Positions 1-8,300 of a DNA stretch of 64,000 bases are shown piece by piece. Position 1 is the first letter of the stretch, and each line of letters starts with the position of its first letter. Both the position numbers and the translations under genes were made by a program. The DNA lies in the IMG/VR virus record IMGVR_UViG_3300028888_000004, positions 1 through 64,000 of that record; one strand, given 5' to 3'. Below the pieces are notes generated by a model that was not told the DNA's origin, did not search any database, and saw only the letters and a program-made list of their open reading frames with translations. The stretch comes from a virus (taxonomy: Duplodnaviria; Caudoviricetes).

Positions 1-113
1 ACACCATGACCAACTTTCTTTTCCATGTACCCATAAAGCAGCCCCATATCAGAGCCGTCTATGAACATTATGCCTGTGAAGGCTGTTGCTATAATCTTCT
101 CCTCTTTAGTCAT
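1..113 (-). CDS. hypothetical protein (partial, runs off window)
   Basis: ATG at 113, MTKEEKIIATAFTGIMFIDG..., tightly packed after the 115..420 gene. Confidence 0.7.
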   Translation of the reverse strand, partial: MTKEEKIIATAFTGIMFIDGSDMGLLYGYMEKKVGHG

Positions 114-114
114 A

Positions 115-420
115 TTACTTCACTTTTAATCCAAGGTCTCTCAAATAAGCTATCTTTTCCATCATAATATTTTCTTCCTTTTCCTCATCCTTCTTACCTA
201 CGTTGATTCTTGCAATGGTTGCTTCTATGATGTCACAGACTATGAGTTTTTCTGTCTCTTCATCTTTTTCTATGGGTTCCTGCTGGAGAGAGTCGATAAA
301 GGACTCAAGAAAGGTAAGGCTACTTCGTGCACCTATATCAAACTGGTTTGCCTCATCATAAACATCTATCTTTAGATGCCGAATCTTAGCTTTCAAGTGA
401 TCTGCGTCAATGTATTTCAT
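115..420 (-). CDS. hypothetical phage protein, MKYIDAD family
   Basis: 101 aa; shares N-terminal MKYIDAD and FIDSLQQE with the adjacent gene. Confidence 0.85.
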   Translation of the reverse strand: MKYIDADHLKAKIRHLKIDVYDEANQFDIGARSSLTFLESFIDSLQQEPIEKDEETEKLIVCDIIEATIARINVGKKDEEKEENIMMEKIAYLRDLGLKVK

Positions 421-422
421 AA

Positions 423-758
423 CTAATCTAGTGATACTTTTGGCAAACTATCATACCATTGTCTTGCTATATTAGGGTATTGATAAAACATCCTTGCAGT
501 AAAAGCCATAGTAGCCTTAATTGTAATATTGTCTGGATGATTATATCTTGCCTTCCAAGCATCCATCTTTTGCGTAAAATTATTCAAATCTATTTCCAGT
601 TGCTCTTGTTGGAGAGAGTCGATGAATTGTTTCGCTATTTCTAATCCATCTGCCATATATTGATATTGCAAAGGACAATCTTTCTTTGCCTTCTCTGTAA
701 ACTCTTTGTGCTTTTCGTCAAGGAGTTCTTTCAGTTGGTCTGCATCAATGTATTTCAT
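423..758 (-). CDS. hypothetical phage protein, MKYIDAD family paralogue
   Basis: 111 aa; same N-terminal module as 115..420. Confidence 0.85.
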   Translation of the reverse strand: MKYIDADQLKELLDEKHKEFTEKAKKDCPLQYQYMADGLEIAKQFIDSLQQEQLEIDLNNFTQKMDAWKARYNHPDNITIKATMAFTARMFYQYPNIARQWYDSLPKVSLD

Positions 759-770
759 GGCTAAATATCT

Positions 771-965
771 TTAACGCATACCATTTACTGGTAATGCCTT
801 GTCGGTTAATACTGCTTCTTCAATACGTAAACAGTGCTTGTAGTACTTACTTTGAATATAAGATTCACACTCGTGCTTGTCTTTAGTCCAATAAGTCTCA
901 GGAGTTGTCCTTTGATAGTTGTCATCACAAACAACACGATATATCTTTTCAATGTTTACTTGCAT
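771..965 (-). CDS. hypothetical protein
   Basis: 64 aa ORF in a co-directional operon with AT-rich leader. Confidence 0.75.
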   Translation of the reverse strand: MQVNIEKIYRVVCDDNYQRTTPETYWTKDKHECESYIQSKYYKHCLRIEEAVLTDKALPVNGMR

Positions 966-975
966 ATCTTAATTA

Positions 976-1085
976 AATAAAAGGGTGTGGTGCATACTTT
1001 TACGGAGTCACCGCAATAAATCACGGTGTATGCAGTACAGCATGACCTGCTCCAATGTTTCTATTATTCTACCCACACCCTATAG
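976..1085 (-). ncRNA. structured intergenic RNA element A
   Basis: closing stem AGGGTGTGG/CCACACCCT; inner stems TGCATAC/GTATGCA and ACCGTGA/TTGCGGT; followed by TTTTATTT. Confidence 0.5.
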
Positions 1086-1190
1086 TTTATAATTTCCTTT
1101 ACTTTCTTCATGTCTGCCTATAAAGTATCCAATTAGGAATGATACTATGAGTGCAGAAGATATTACCCAAGCTATTAACTGTTCTGACAT
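1080..1190 (-). CDS. small membrane protein (36 aa, not in ORF track)
   Basis: MSEQLIAWVISSALIVSFLIGYFIGRHEESKGNYKL*, one TM helix, fills the gap exactly. Confidence 0.7.
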   Translation of the reverse strand: MSEQLIAWVISSALIVSFLIGYFIGRHEESKGNYKL

Positions 1191-1196
1191 AGTATA

Positions 1197-1274
1197 AAAT
1201 AAAAGAGTGCGTACTCAAGTAACATTAAACGTAGTATTGCGATGTTGCCCCAAACCTCTTTCCGCACCCTATAA
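1197..1274 (-). ncRNA. structured intergenic RNA element B (same frame as element A)
   Basis: TATAGGGTGCG...CGCACTCTTTTATTT with internal hairpin GCAACAT/ATGTTAC. Confidence 0.45.
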
Positions 1275-1276
1275 TT

Positions 1277-2398
1277 TTACATCAGCTTCTCCAAGTCATG
1301 GTAGAGAAGTCTTAAATTTGATTTTGTAAGGCAATCATTAGGAAAGCTATTGTAGGCATGTTTAACTGCCTCCATCTGCTCATCGCTGGGTTTCCAATGG
1401 CTATTACAATTTTTGTATGTGTCGAAGCGGATGGATTTAATAAGAGAAATATATTTCTCTTTTGGTATCCCATTTGCATCAATTGGTTTATCTATTAATA
1501 CATAGTGACTAAGGATGCTATCGAGAATTTCTTTTTCTTCTTCGCTCCATTCCTGTCTCTGTTGTGGACGGAGGGATTTGAGGAAAGAAAGGATGCGTTC
1601 TGATGACATTCCGCCAAAATACATATACCGTCCTATGTTGAGGATTAGAAGCTTCAATATCTCTTCATCTTCCTCGCTCCACTCTTGTTTTGACTGAAAT
1701 TCTCCATTGCGGAGCGCATTAAGTAGTACTACCCATCCACTATATCCTTCTTCTTTAAGGTGCTTACAGATGTCTTGAAATACCAATTCATTAGTATCGC
1801 TCCACTCTAGTTTCTGCTCTTTCTTTGCTGCTGTATATCCAGCATATCTACCAGCTAAGTAATCAAGAGAATGTTCACCAATACCAAATCCTTTCTCAAT
1901 ATCTTCTTTCATTTTCTTTTGTCCTGCGACAAACCCTTGATTATAAGATTCGGCTGAATCAAAGAATTTCTCTGCTTCATCTGCTGGCTTCTGCTCTTTT
2001 GGTTTTGCCACAATGTCTCCACAAGAAATAGTGATTCCAGCATCTGTATAATACTTAAAAGCATCTTCAAGTTCACATTCTATTGGCTTCTGCTCTTTCT
2101 GCTTTTCAGAGTCTTTACCTGCTTTAAACCCTAACTTATATTCAAGCGTGGATTCCACAGGTATTTCTTCATATCCTTCCTCATCTTTCTGCTTTTCGAG
2201 CCAACGCAAAATATCTATACAAGTAATGTCTTTGTGAATCCACGCCTTGTCTATTGAACTGAAATAGTCACATAGCCACCTTCTTATCCTTTCATCCTCG
2301 TTCTCTGCGAGTTCGGGAGCAAGTACTTCAATAATTTCCATCGTTTCTTTTGGAAGGCTCATTTGCCGTACTTTCTTTAGTGCTTCTTCTCTTGTCAT
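1277..2398 (-). CDS. modular repeat hypothetical protein (KEQKP / EWSEED repeats)
   Basis: likely start MTREEALKK at 2398; repeated EKQKEQKP and EWSEE(D/E) motifs, C-terminal WKPSDEQM. Confidence 0.85.
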   Translation of the reverse strand: MTREEALKKVRQMSLPKETMEIIEVLAPELAENEDERIRRWLCDYFSSIDKAWIHKDITCIDILRWLEKQKDEEGYEEIPVESTLEYKLGFKAGKDSEKQKEQKPIECELEDAFKYYTDAGITISCGDIVAKPKEQKPADEAEKFFDSAESYNQGFVAGQKKMKEDIEKGFGIGEHSLDYLAGRYAGYTAAKKEQKLEWSDTNELVFQDICKHLKEEGYSGWVVLLNALRNGEFQSKQEWSEEDEEILKLLILNIGRYMYFGGMSSERILSFLKSLRPQQRQEWSEEEKEILDSILSHYVLIDKPIDANGIPKEKYISLIKSIRFDTYKNCNSHWKPSDEQMEAVKHAYNSFPNDCLTKSNLRLLYHDLEKLM

Positions 2399-2399
2399 T

Positions 2400-2708
2400 T
2401 TAATTTCCAGTAAAATTGAATTTGTAAATGGTATCAGAGACACTATTTCTTGTAGTAATTATAGTATCAATCTGTGGAGGAACAGAAGTGGTAATCTCTG
2501 TTTTAGGAATACTTTTTTCATGATAGTACTCACTTGCTTTAGCTATACAAAAAAGACCAAAAACAGTCAATCCTACTCCAAATATGAACATAATAATGCC
2601 CTTTATATCTGGACCGTCAGTTTGCATATCTATTCCTGCCCAAGAAGCAATTCCAATTCCTATACAGAGGAAAAATATACAACCTGCTGTTAAAATTAAT
2701 GGTATCAT
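2400..2708 (-). CDS. membrane protein
   Basis: two TM segments; PQIDTIIT...SDTIY C-terminus. Confidence 0.8.
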   Translation of the reverse strand: MIPLILTAGCIFFLCIGIGIASWAGIDMQTDGPDIKGIIMFIFGVGLTVFGLFCIAKASEYYHEKSIPKTEITTSVPPQIDTIITTRNSVSDTIYKFNFTGN

Positions 2709-2710
2709 AT

Positions 2711-3094
2711 CTAAATCAAATTTTCAAGACAATACTTAATAGCTGCTTCACAGGCTTCTTCATATTGCTCATATAACTCTAATGAAATACTCAGTGGTTC
2801 CAAATGTGAAGTAATAGCAAACTGCCATAAACACCCTCCATCACCATCATCATCTGTTACTTGTGGAGTAATGCTAATGCAAAGTTTATGTACCTCTCTC
2901 AGCCACTTCATAACCATTTGAAGGGTTGGGGCAGAATAACATCTTGGTTCCCAAGTGGAGTTTGTTTCTCCCATAAATGAATATTTCACGTCATTAGGTT
3001 CATAATCAACATAGTAACCTATACATTCTTCATTAAACCCCTTCTCTTTCAAGAGTTTGGCAGTTTCAAGACTAACGTAATCTTCTGTAATCAT
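2711..3094 (-). CDS. conserved Bacteroidota-phage hypothetical protein
   Basis: EDYVSLETAKLLKEKGF...APTLQMVMKWLRE...YEEACEAAIKYCL motifs. Confidence 0.85.
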   Translation of the reverse strand: MITEDYVSLETAKLLKEKGFNEECIGYYVDYEPNDVKYSFMGETNSTWEPRCYSAPTLQMVMKWLREVHKLCISITPQVTDDDGDGGCLWQFAITSHLEPLSISLELYEQYEEACEAAIKYCLENLI

Positions 3095-3145
3095 ATCTCT
3101 TTCTTTAGTTGTATGATTATTCTATGAACATTCTATGCCAAAATC

Positions 3146-3403
3146 TTACTCATAGTAAAAAGTCCTATTAAGTACAGTATATGGCTTATCAGTGTAACAA
3201 TTAGGCACTTCAATTATACGATGTTCACATGGTGATTTCATCAACTCTATGTTCTGAACCATATCTTTTAAGTCATTGTCCAACGCAATTTTTTCAAAAT
3301 GCTCCACCAAATCTTCCTTATCTATTGCACCAACAATTATCTCATCAACACTGTACCCCGTAAATGAAATATCAATATTATAAACTTTGTACATCTTTTC
3401 CAT
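3146..3403 (-). CDS. hypothetical protein
   Basis: 85 aa ORF in operon. Confidence 0.75.
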   Translation of the reverse strand: MEKMYKVYNIDISFTGYSVDEIIVGAIDKEDLVEHFEKIALDNDLKDMVQNIELMKSPCEHRIIEVPNCYTDKPYTVLNRTFYYE

Positions 3404-3449
3404 GACTAACTAAATTTAAAAAGTTAAACAAGTAAAACTAACATCCATA

Positions 3450-3815
3450 TTATTTATACATATCCTCCGGTGCTTCAAGAGCCAATCCCTTTTCAATCAG
3501 CCCTCGGTAGTCAAAATGGTGTTCGTTGAGCCAGTCAAACGGTGTCCCTTGAATGGAGTAATCCCAGTCAAATGTTTTATCATACTCTTCCTTCTCTTCT
3601 TCAGTCATAGAAGACATTGGACGAAGATATGGACGGACTTCTTCCACCAATGGACAAGGACCACCGATAGATGAAAATACACTTGGCAGTAATGAAACTC
3701 TTCCGTGCCCATATCCAGTTACGAGCCATTCCTTTCCTTCATACTTTACCCATGTCTCGTACAGCAATCTTGCACTAAGGTCTTTCAATAAAAGTTGTTT
3801 TTCTTCCTGTGTCAT
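3450..3815 (-). CDS. conserved Bacteroidota-phage hypothetical protein
   Basis: LLLKDLSARL...PYLRPMSSMTEEE...DWLNEHHFDYRGLIEKGLA motifs. Confidence 0.85.
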   Translation of the reverse strand: MTQEEKQLLLKDLSARLLYETWVKYEGKEWLVTGYGHGRVSLLPSVFSSIGGPCPLVEEVRPYLRPMSSMTEEEKEEYDKTFDWDYSIQGTPFDWLNEHHFDYRGLIEKGLALEAPEDMYK

Positions 3816-3817
3816 AT

Positions 3818-3997
3818 CTAATCTGAATTTTTAGAAACAAAAGTACCTAAATTAAGAGGAAGAAGAATTGGAGCAAGTACAATCAAGCATATAATACCAG
3901 CTATTATAAGCCAAGGATTATGTTCATCACTGTCTAAAACATAGCCTATCATGAAAAATAGACTAAATACATAGTAGAATATACAAAAGAATATCAT
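3818..3997 (-). CDS. small membrane protein (59 aa, not in ORF track)
   Basis: MIFFCIFYYVFSLFFMIGYV...LAPILLPLNLG; two TMs; start overlaps the SSB stop. Confidence 0.75.
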   Translation of the reverse strand: MIFFCIFYYVFSLFFMIGYVLDSDEHNPWLIIAGIICLIVLAPILLPLNLGTFVSKNSD

Positions 3998-4359
3998 TAT
4001 AAGTCTACTTTGTCTTCGTCACCATAGTACTTTGGTAGATTACTTTCATATGGTAAATAATCATTTACAATTATGGTATTCATAATGCGCTCATTACCAG
4101 AGGAATCTATATACCTACTCTGTTTTATTCTTCCAAACAGATGTATTGTATCTCCTTTCTTGAATGGAAAATCAGTCTTGGTAGAGTAGCTGCACTGATG
4201 CCAAGTAGTCTCTACGATTATATTTCCATTCTCATCTTTATGAGAGTATTGAGTGCAAACTGTAAAGTAGATAATATTGGTATCACTTACTACAGTTGGT
4301 TTTATACTGCCGATGACACCTTTTAATACTACTTTATTAAGATATTCCATATTAGTCAT
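3997..4359 (-). CDS. ssb: single-stranded DNA-binding protein
   Basis: OB-fold SSB motifs LNKVVLKG, TTWHQC, KKGDTIHLFGRIKQSRYIDSSG; acidic tail. Confidence 0.85.
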   Translation of the reverse strand: MTNMEYLNKVVLKGVIGSIKPTVVSDTNIIYFTVCTQYSHKDENGNIIVETTWHQCSYSTKTDFPFKKGDTIHLFGRIKQSRYIDSSGNERIMNTIIVNDYLPYESNLPKYYGDEDKVDL

Positions 4360-4606
4360 ATTCTATTGTAAAGCAATCACATTCAGGACTATGCTCTATG
4401 TGCTTAACTTCATTGTCAGCATCATAGAATATAATGTATTTATGGTTGTCTACATGTACTATTTCTGTATGCACCTTGTCTTCTACTGGGATGAATATTG
4501 ATTTGCCCAGCATTGTGAGAAGAAGAGCTAGTAATACTATAACACTGATAATAGCTGCCCACAGTATAGTATTCTGCATTTTATCTAATGTAGTAAGTTC
4601 ATCCAT
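4352..4606 (-). CDS. membrane-anchored hypothetical protein
   Basis: N-terminal TM, C-terminal HSPECDC. Confidence 0.8.
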   Translation of the reverse strand: MDELTTLDKMQNTILWAAIISVIVLLALLLTMLGKSIFIPVEDKVHTEIVHVDNHKYIIFYDADNEVKHIEHSPECDCFTIEYD

Positions 4607-4607
4607 A

Positions 4608-5003
4608 TTAAATAATATCTGATAGTTTAACTCTGTTTTTCTTTATTTCAATCTGGTAAAGACCATCTTTATCAATTCTATATCCAAGACCATACATATA
4701 CTGTATGATTTCTCTTGGAGTAAAATCATCCAAAGATGCTTTCTTTTGTGGTTTTACTTCCTGAACTGTAGGAATAGAAACAATAGAAGTAGGAGATTCA
4801 GGTGTATCTGCTGTATCATTTTTAAGCAATGGCTTAATCTTTCTGCGATACACAGAGCATTTACCTCTTACATATCCATCAGATATTCCAACTTCTCTTG
4901 CTATTTCAGCATACTGCATGCCTTGAGAATGTAAATCCTCCCATGCCTTGACATCATCCCAACTAAATCTGGGATTTGCTCTGTTGTAAAGTTTATTACT
5001 CAT
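4608..5003 (-). CDS. HTH DNA-binding protein
   Basis: GMQYAEIAREVGISDGYVR helix-turn-helix. Confidence 0.75.
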   Translation of the reverse strand: MSNKLYNRANPRFSWDDVKAWEDLHSQGMQYAEIAREVGISDGYVRGKCSVYRRKIKPLLKNDTADTPESPTSIVSIPTVQEVKPQKKASLDDFTPREIIQYMYGLGYRIDKDGLYQIEIKKNRVKLSDII

Positions 5004-5090
5004 AAGATATTAAATGTTAGTTAAATAGGAGAATTAATTGAAGTAAAGAGAGAAGCCAGAGTATTACTCCTGCTTCTCCCCTCTTCCTCT

Positions 5091-5354
5091 CTAAACAGTT
5101 TCACTATCGAATTCTCTTCTTTCTTCTTTAGTCAGAAAGAATATTCTCTTAAAATCATTCTTAGATATAGTTCTTTTTGAGAAGTATACTAAGAATCCAA
5201 ACACTAATCCATGTATAAACATAGATGGTGAAGACATTTCATCTACTGTAAGAACAATATACAGAAAGTATATCAGTGTAGAGAAAAGCAATACTCCTTT
5301 TATTATAAGAGACATGAGTATAAGGTCTCTTTTCTTACTAAGACTCATAATCAT
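5091..5354 (-). CDS. membrane protein
   Basis: two hydrophobic segments. Confidence 0.7.
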   Translation of the reverse strand: MIMSLSKKRDLILMSLIIKGVLLFSTLIYFLYIVLTVDEMSSPSMFIHGLVFGFLVYFSKRTISKNDFKRIFFLTKEERREFDSETV

Positions 5355-5367
5355 CTGAATTTATTAG

Positions 5368-5441
5368 TGATTCCGTTGGGATTCGAACCCAAGACCCACA
5401 GCTTAGAAGGCTGTTGCTCTATCCAGCTGAGCTACGGAACC
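5368..5441 (-). tRNA. tRNA-Arg(TCT)
   Basis: GGTTCCG acceptor stem, anticodon arm ACAGC-CTTCTAA-GCTGT, T-loop TTCGAAT. Confidence 0.95.
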
Positions 5442-5558
5442 AGAAAATGTAAACATTGCACAATTGCATCACTGCAATCTAGTATCCATTTCCAGAAACA
5501 ATCACATATATGGCGAAAAAAGTATTCATTTTAACTATTGCAATGCTTACAATACACT

Positions 5559-5665
5559 TAGCTTGCATACTATTGCCTCACGACAGTCTATCAATATTAG
5601 CACTAAATGATTTTAAAAAGTCACGCAAAGCCAATAAAGTGAGCTTATTGATATTATGCAAGCTA
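5559..5665 (-). ncRNA. structured RNA element (three-way junction) upstream of tRNA-Arg
   Basis: 11-bp IR TAGCTTGCATA/TATGCAAGCTA, inner TATCAATA/TATTGATA, GNRA hairpin TGTC-GTGA-GGCA. Confidence 0.45.
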
Positions 5666-5670
5666 CAAGT

Positions 5671-5892
5671 CTATGAATACTGTACCTCTATGTTGATAAA
5701 GTCACCATCATTCTTATACATCAATGTTGCCTTTGTATAAGGCTTTTCAATATTGCTGTCAAAGAACTCCTGTGCTTCTTCTTTTGTGTAAAAATACTTT
5801 GTTCTTCCTTCTCCAAGATCAGACTTATATCTAAGCTTATTATTCTTAGCATACTCTATTGCCCAATCTACAGATTCTTCATAAAGTGTCAT
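5671..5892 (-). CDS. hypothetical protein
   Basis: 73 aa ORF co-directional with neighbours. Confidence 0.7.
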   Translation of the reverse strand: MTLYEESVDWAIEYAKNNKLRYKSDLGEGRTKYFYTKEEAQEFFDSNIEKPYTKATLMYKNDGDFINIEVQYS

Positions 5893-5957
5893 AATGCATT
5901 ATAATTTAAGTAGTAAAGCAAGACTATTTGTCTTACCTATGAGCAGTACAAATATAA

Positions 5958-6359
5958 TTATTTCTTGTTCATTATCCCCATGAAACTGAATTTTTTATTA
6001 TCAAATGTTATCCAGTCTTCTATGTCATTGGATTCTACTGGCTTATGACCAGGAGCTACAGCAAGAGTTATATGGCTTATCTTATTCTCTGAAGGCAAGT
6101 CAACAAGAGCTGCTATAGCATTATCTGATACTCCAAATCCTATAACATGAAACTTCACAGGGTGATGTATAATGAGATCAAGATACTTTCTTATATCTTG
6201 ATTCTTATGTGTCTTATGAAGTATTGTACAGTGGTCACAATACACTCTCCATCCTTTTAGATAAGGATTAGATAATATATCCCAGAACATTTCTTTTAGT
6301 CTTTTCTTCTCACTGTCAAGTAAGAATACTCCATAATAATTGTAATCTTTATCTTTCAT
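5958..6359 (-). CDS. 2H phosphoesterase (RNA 2',3'-cyclic phosphodiesterase-like)
   Basis: two HxT motifs (DHCTI, SHITL) at typical spacing; KPVESN C-terminal motif. Confidence 0.75.
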   Translation of the reverse strand: MKDKDYNYYGVFLLDSEKKRLKEMFWDILSNPYLKGWRVYCDHCTILHKTHKNQDIRKYLDLIIHHPVKFHVIGFGVSDNAIAALVDLPSENKISHITLAVAPGHKPVESNDIEDWITFDNKKFSFMGIMNKK

Positions 6360-6397
6360 AGAATTGTATTGTATTGTGTAACTGTTTTATCAACACC

Positions 6398-6434
6398 AAA
6401 AAAAGACAGCAAGGTGTTTATCCCTTGCTGTCTT
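6398..6434 (-). terminator. Rho-independent terminator
   Basis: AAGACAGCAAGG/CCTTGCTGTCTT stem followed by T-run. Confidence 0.85.
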
Positions 6435-7190
6435 AATCTATAAAGGCTGAGTCTTGACCTTTATTATCTTCATTTTCACCCATTGTCTGAGTTAGAACAC
6501 ACCCTTTTGAGGTAGAAGACATAGAGACGGATTCAGGTTCCGCAACCACTACACTCTGTTATATAGTCTACTCCTTTCCCAAGAACTTCTTGCCAGATTC
6601 ACAGGATGCCTCCTGCTAGAACTTTGGTACTTGTTTTAACTCATCGCAAGCCTTGCGAGCTTTTGATGTCTGCATATTACAGCAGAATAACTCTATTTTC
6701 GCAGAGTGTGCACAACACTTCTTGCAGTTAATAATTTTAATTATTAACAGATGACCTATTAGACTGTGTGGTTGTGCTTGTATGGAATGCTGCCTTTTGA
6801 GCAGTTTACCCATCAACACAGTCCTGTTACTTTCCTGCCAAGGATTTCACTACTATTACTATTTAACCTATCATTTCTGAAATCACAGTTTAGCAGACTG
6901 TGAGGTTGCTACACCTTAGGCTACAAGTATTCATTCAATGACGCTATAGACACGGCTAATGTCTTTTGGCATACATCGCACACTTCAATTGTCACTGTTA
7001 CCAGTCAAGAAGAGTTGGTCAAACCCTTCACATACTACTATCTCATCTGCCCGATGATACACCATAGTATGCTATGAAGCATGGCTTTCTTTTGGAGTAC
7101 TGTGAACCACAATACCGCAAACACACCTCTGTTAAGATGTATTTACTTTAATCCCATTGCTGGTTTATCCTATAGATGAGAAGCCCACCT
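6398..7190 (-). ncRNA. candidate large structured ncRNA (GOLLD/ROOL-like)
   Basis: ~800 nt without a credible ORF, dense nested hairpins, GNRA loop, repeated CTCAAAAGG loops, ends at a terminator. Confidence 0.55.
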
Positions 7191-7357
7191 AATAAATTGT
7201 ATTATTGCAATCACTGCAATTTAAATTTTTACTACTTCCTCATTGATGTAGTCAGTCAGTCTAGATATTTATACTCCTAAAACCTCAGAGTTGTATTGCC
7301 ATAAAGAATGACAAAAAAACACTTTTATTTATAGGGATAAGTGTGAACCCCGTCAGA

Positions 7358-7459
7358 TTATTCCTCTGTTTGCTCAAGGAATTTCTGGTATTGCTCATTT
7401 GAGTAGAACCACATTCCTTTGAAGAAGAAGAATGACTTCTCTGATGTATTGTTATCCAT
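7358..7459 (-). CDS. small protein (33 aa, not in ORF track)
   Basis: MDNNTSEKSFFFFKGMWFYSNEQYQKFLEQTEE*. Confidence 0.55.
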   Translation of the reverse strand: MDNNTSEKSFFFFKGMWFYSNEQYQKFLEQTEE

Positions 7460-7525
7460 AATAACTAGTATTTTATGGAATTGAAAGGACTCAAAAGACT
7501 CTGAAATTGTATTGCAATTCCAGAT

Positions 7526-7562
7526 AAAAAGAGCAAAGGCACCACCCGAAGATGGTGCCTTG
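7526..7562 (-). terminator. Rho-independent terminator
   Basis: AAGGCACCAT-cUUCGg-GTGGTGCCTT hairpin then T-rich tail. Confidence 0.85.
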
Positions 7563-7578
7563 ATTTCCCTGAAAGGGA

Positions 7579-7878
7579 TTAGAGGCTGAAGCCTCCAATC
7601 CTGTTGCTTTCGCCTGCTTTCATCAGGAGAAGGACATGCTCAGAGCTGCCTTCCATAACTGTGTCAGCCACAACTACTTCCGAGATGCTGAGCTGCTTGC
7701 CAGAGGCAATTTCCTCCTGAAGAGCCTTGCTGATGGCGCCCTTGGTAGCTGCACTATTATTCAGTGCAAAGAAGAGCTTGCCAGTCTTGGGATTCTTCAC
7801 AAAGTCAAGCTTTGTGGCGTGATTCCTACCGATGAATTCAACGACATTCTCCCTGGAGTTGATGGTAATGTTAGCCAT
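7579..7878 (-). CDS. conserved crAss-like small protein, first gene of the leftward block
   Basis: VKNPKTGKLFF motif; GC-richer codon usage; own terminator. Confidence 0.8.
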   Translation of the reverse strand: MANITINSRENVVEFIGRNHATKLDFVKNPKTGKLFFALNNSAATKGAISKALQEEIASGKQLSISEVVVADTVMEGSSEHVLLLMKAGESNRIGGFSL

Positions 7879-8056
7879 ACCTGTTGTTCACTTAACCTAA
7901 TCAGTGAGAGGTTCAATGGTTTATGATTCCCCCAATAATACTATGGAGACAAGAGTGTGGGGATACTCCCAATGTCTCAAGGGCTAGGGGGGGTAAGGGA
8001 TGGAGCATGTTACCTTCAAACAAACATAATTTTATTTTAAAATTTTTTATTTTTTA

Positions 8057-8098
8057 TTTTTGATTTTTGCTCAGTTTTACTTTTGATTTTTGCTCAGT
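8057..8098. repeat. direct repeat TTTTGATTTTTGCTCAGT x2 in T-rich tract
   Basis: two 18-nt copies just downstream of the G-tract at the strand switch. Confidence 0.8.
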
Positions 8099-8268
8099 GT
8101 ATTGGAAGCACTGCATAAAAGAAAGTCCCCAGAATTCTTGAGCTGAAAAGAAAACCAGGGACAGATGACTATGTCTTAAGTACGTATGACAAAGGTATGA
8201 AATATATTCTATATATCCAAATTTATTACATAACATTTTTGTCACACTAACTTTTTTATTTATTACTC

Positions 8269-8299
8269 TTGCTTTTTAATTTCTAGTTGTCTATATTTG
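8269..8299 (+). promoter_or_regulatory. Bacteroidota housekeeping-type promoter (-33 TTG / -7 TATATTTG)
   Basis: TAnnTTTG at 8292-8299 with TTG ~20 nt upstream. Confidence 0.7.
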
Positions 8300-8300
8300 C

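Noticed and set aside
976-1274. CRISPR mini-array
   Set aside because: Only two elements, built as inverted closing stems rather than direct repeats with uniform spacers; no cas genes
5510-5740. Plus-strand 76-aa ORF
   Set aside because: Opposes the local operon and overlaps a likely real gene and an RNA structure
6616-6819. 67-aa ORF inside the large non-coding region
   Set aside because: TTG start, atypical composition, overlaps dense RNA structure
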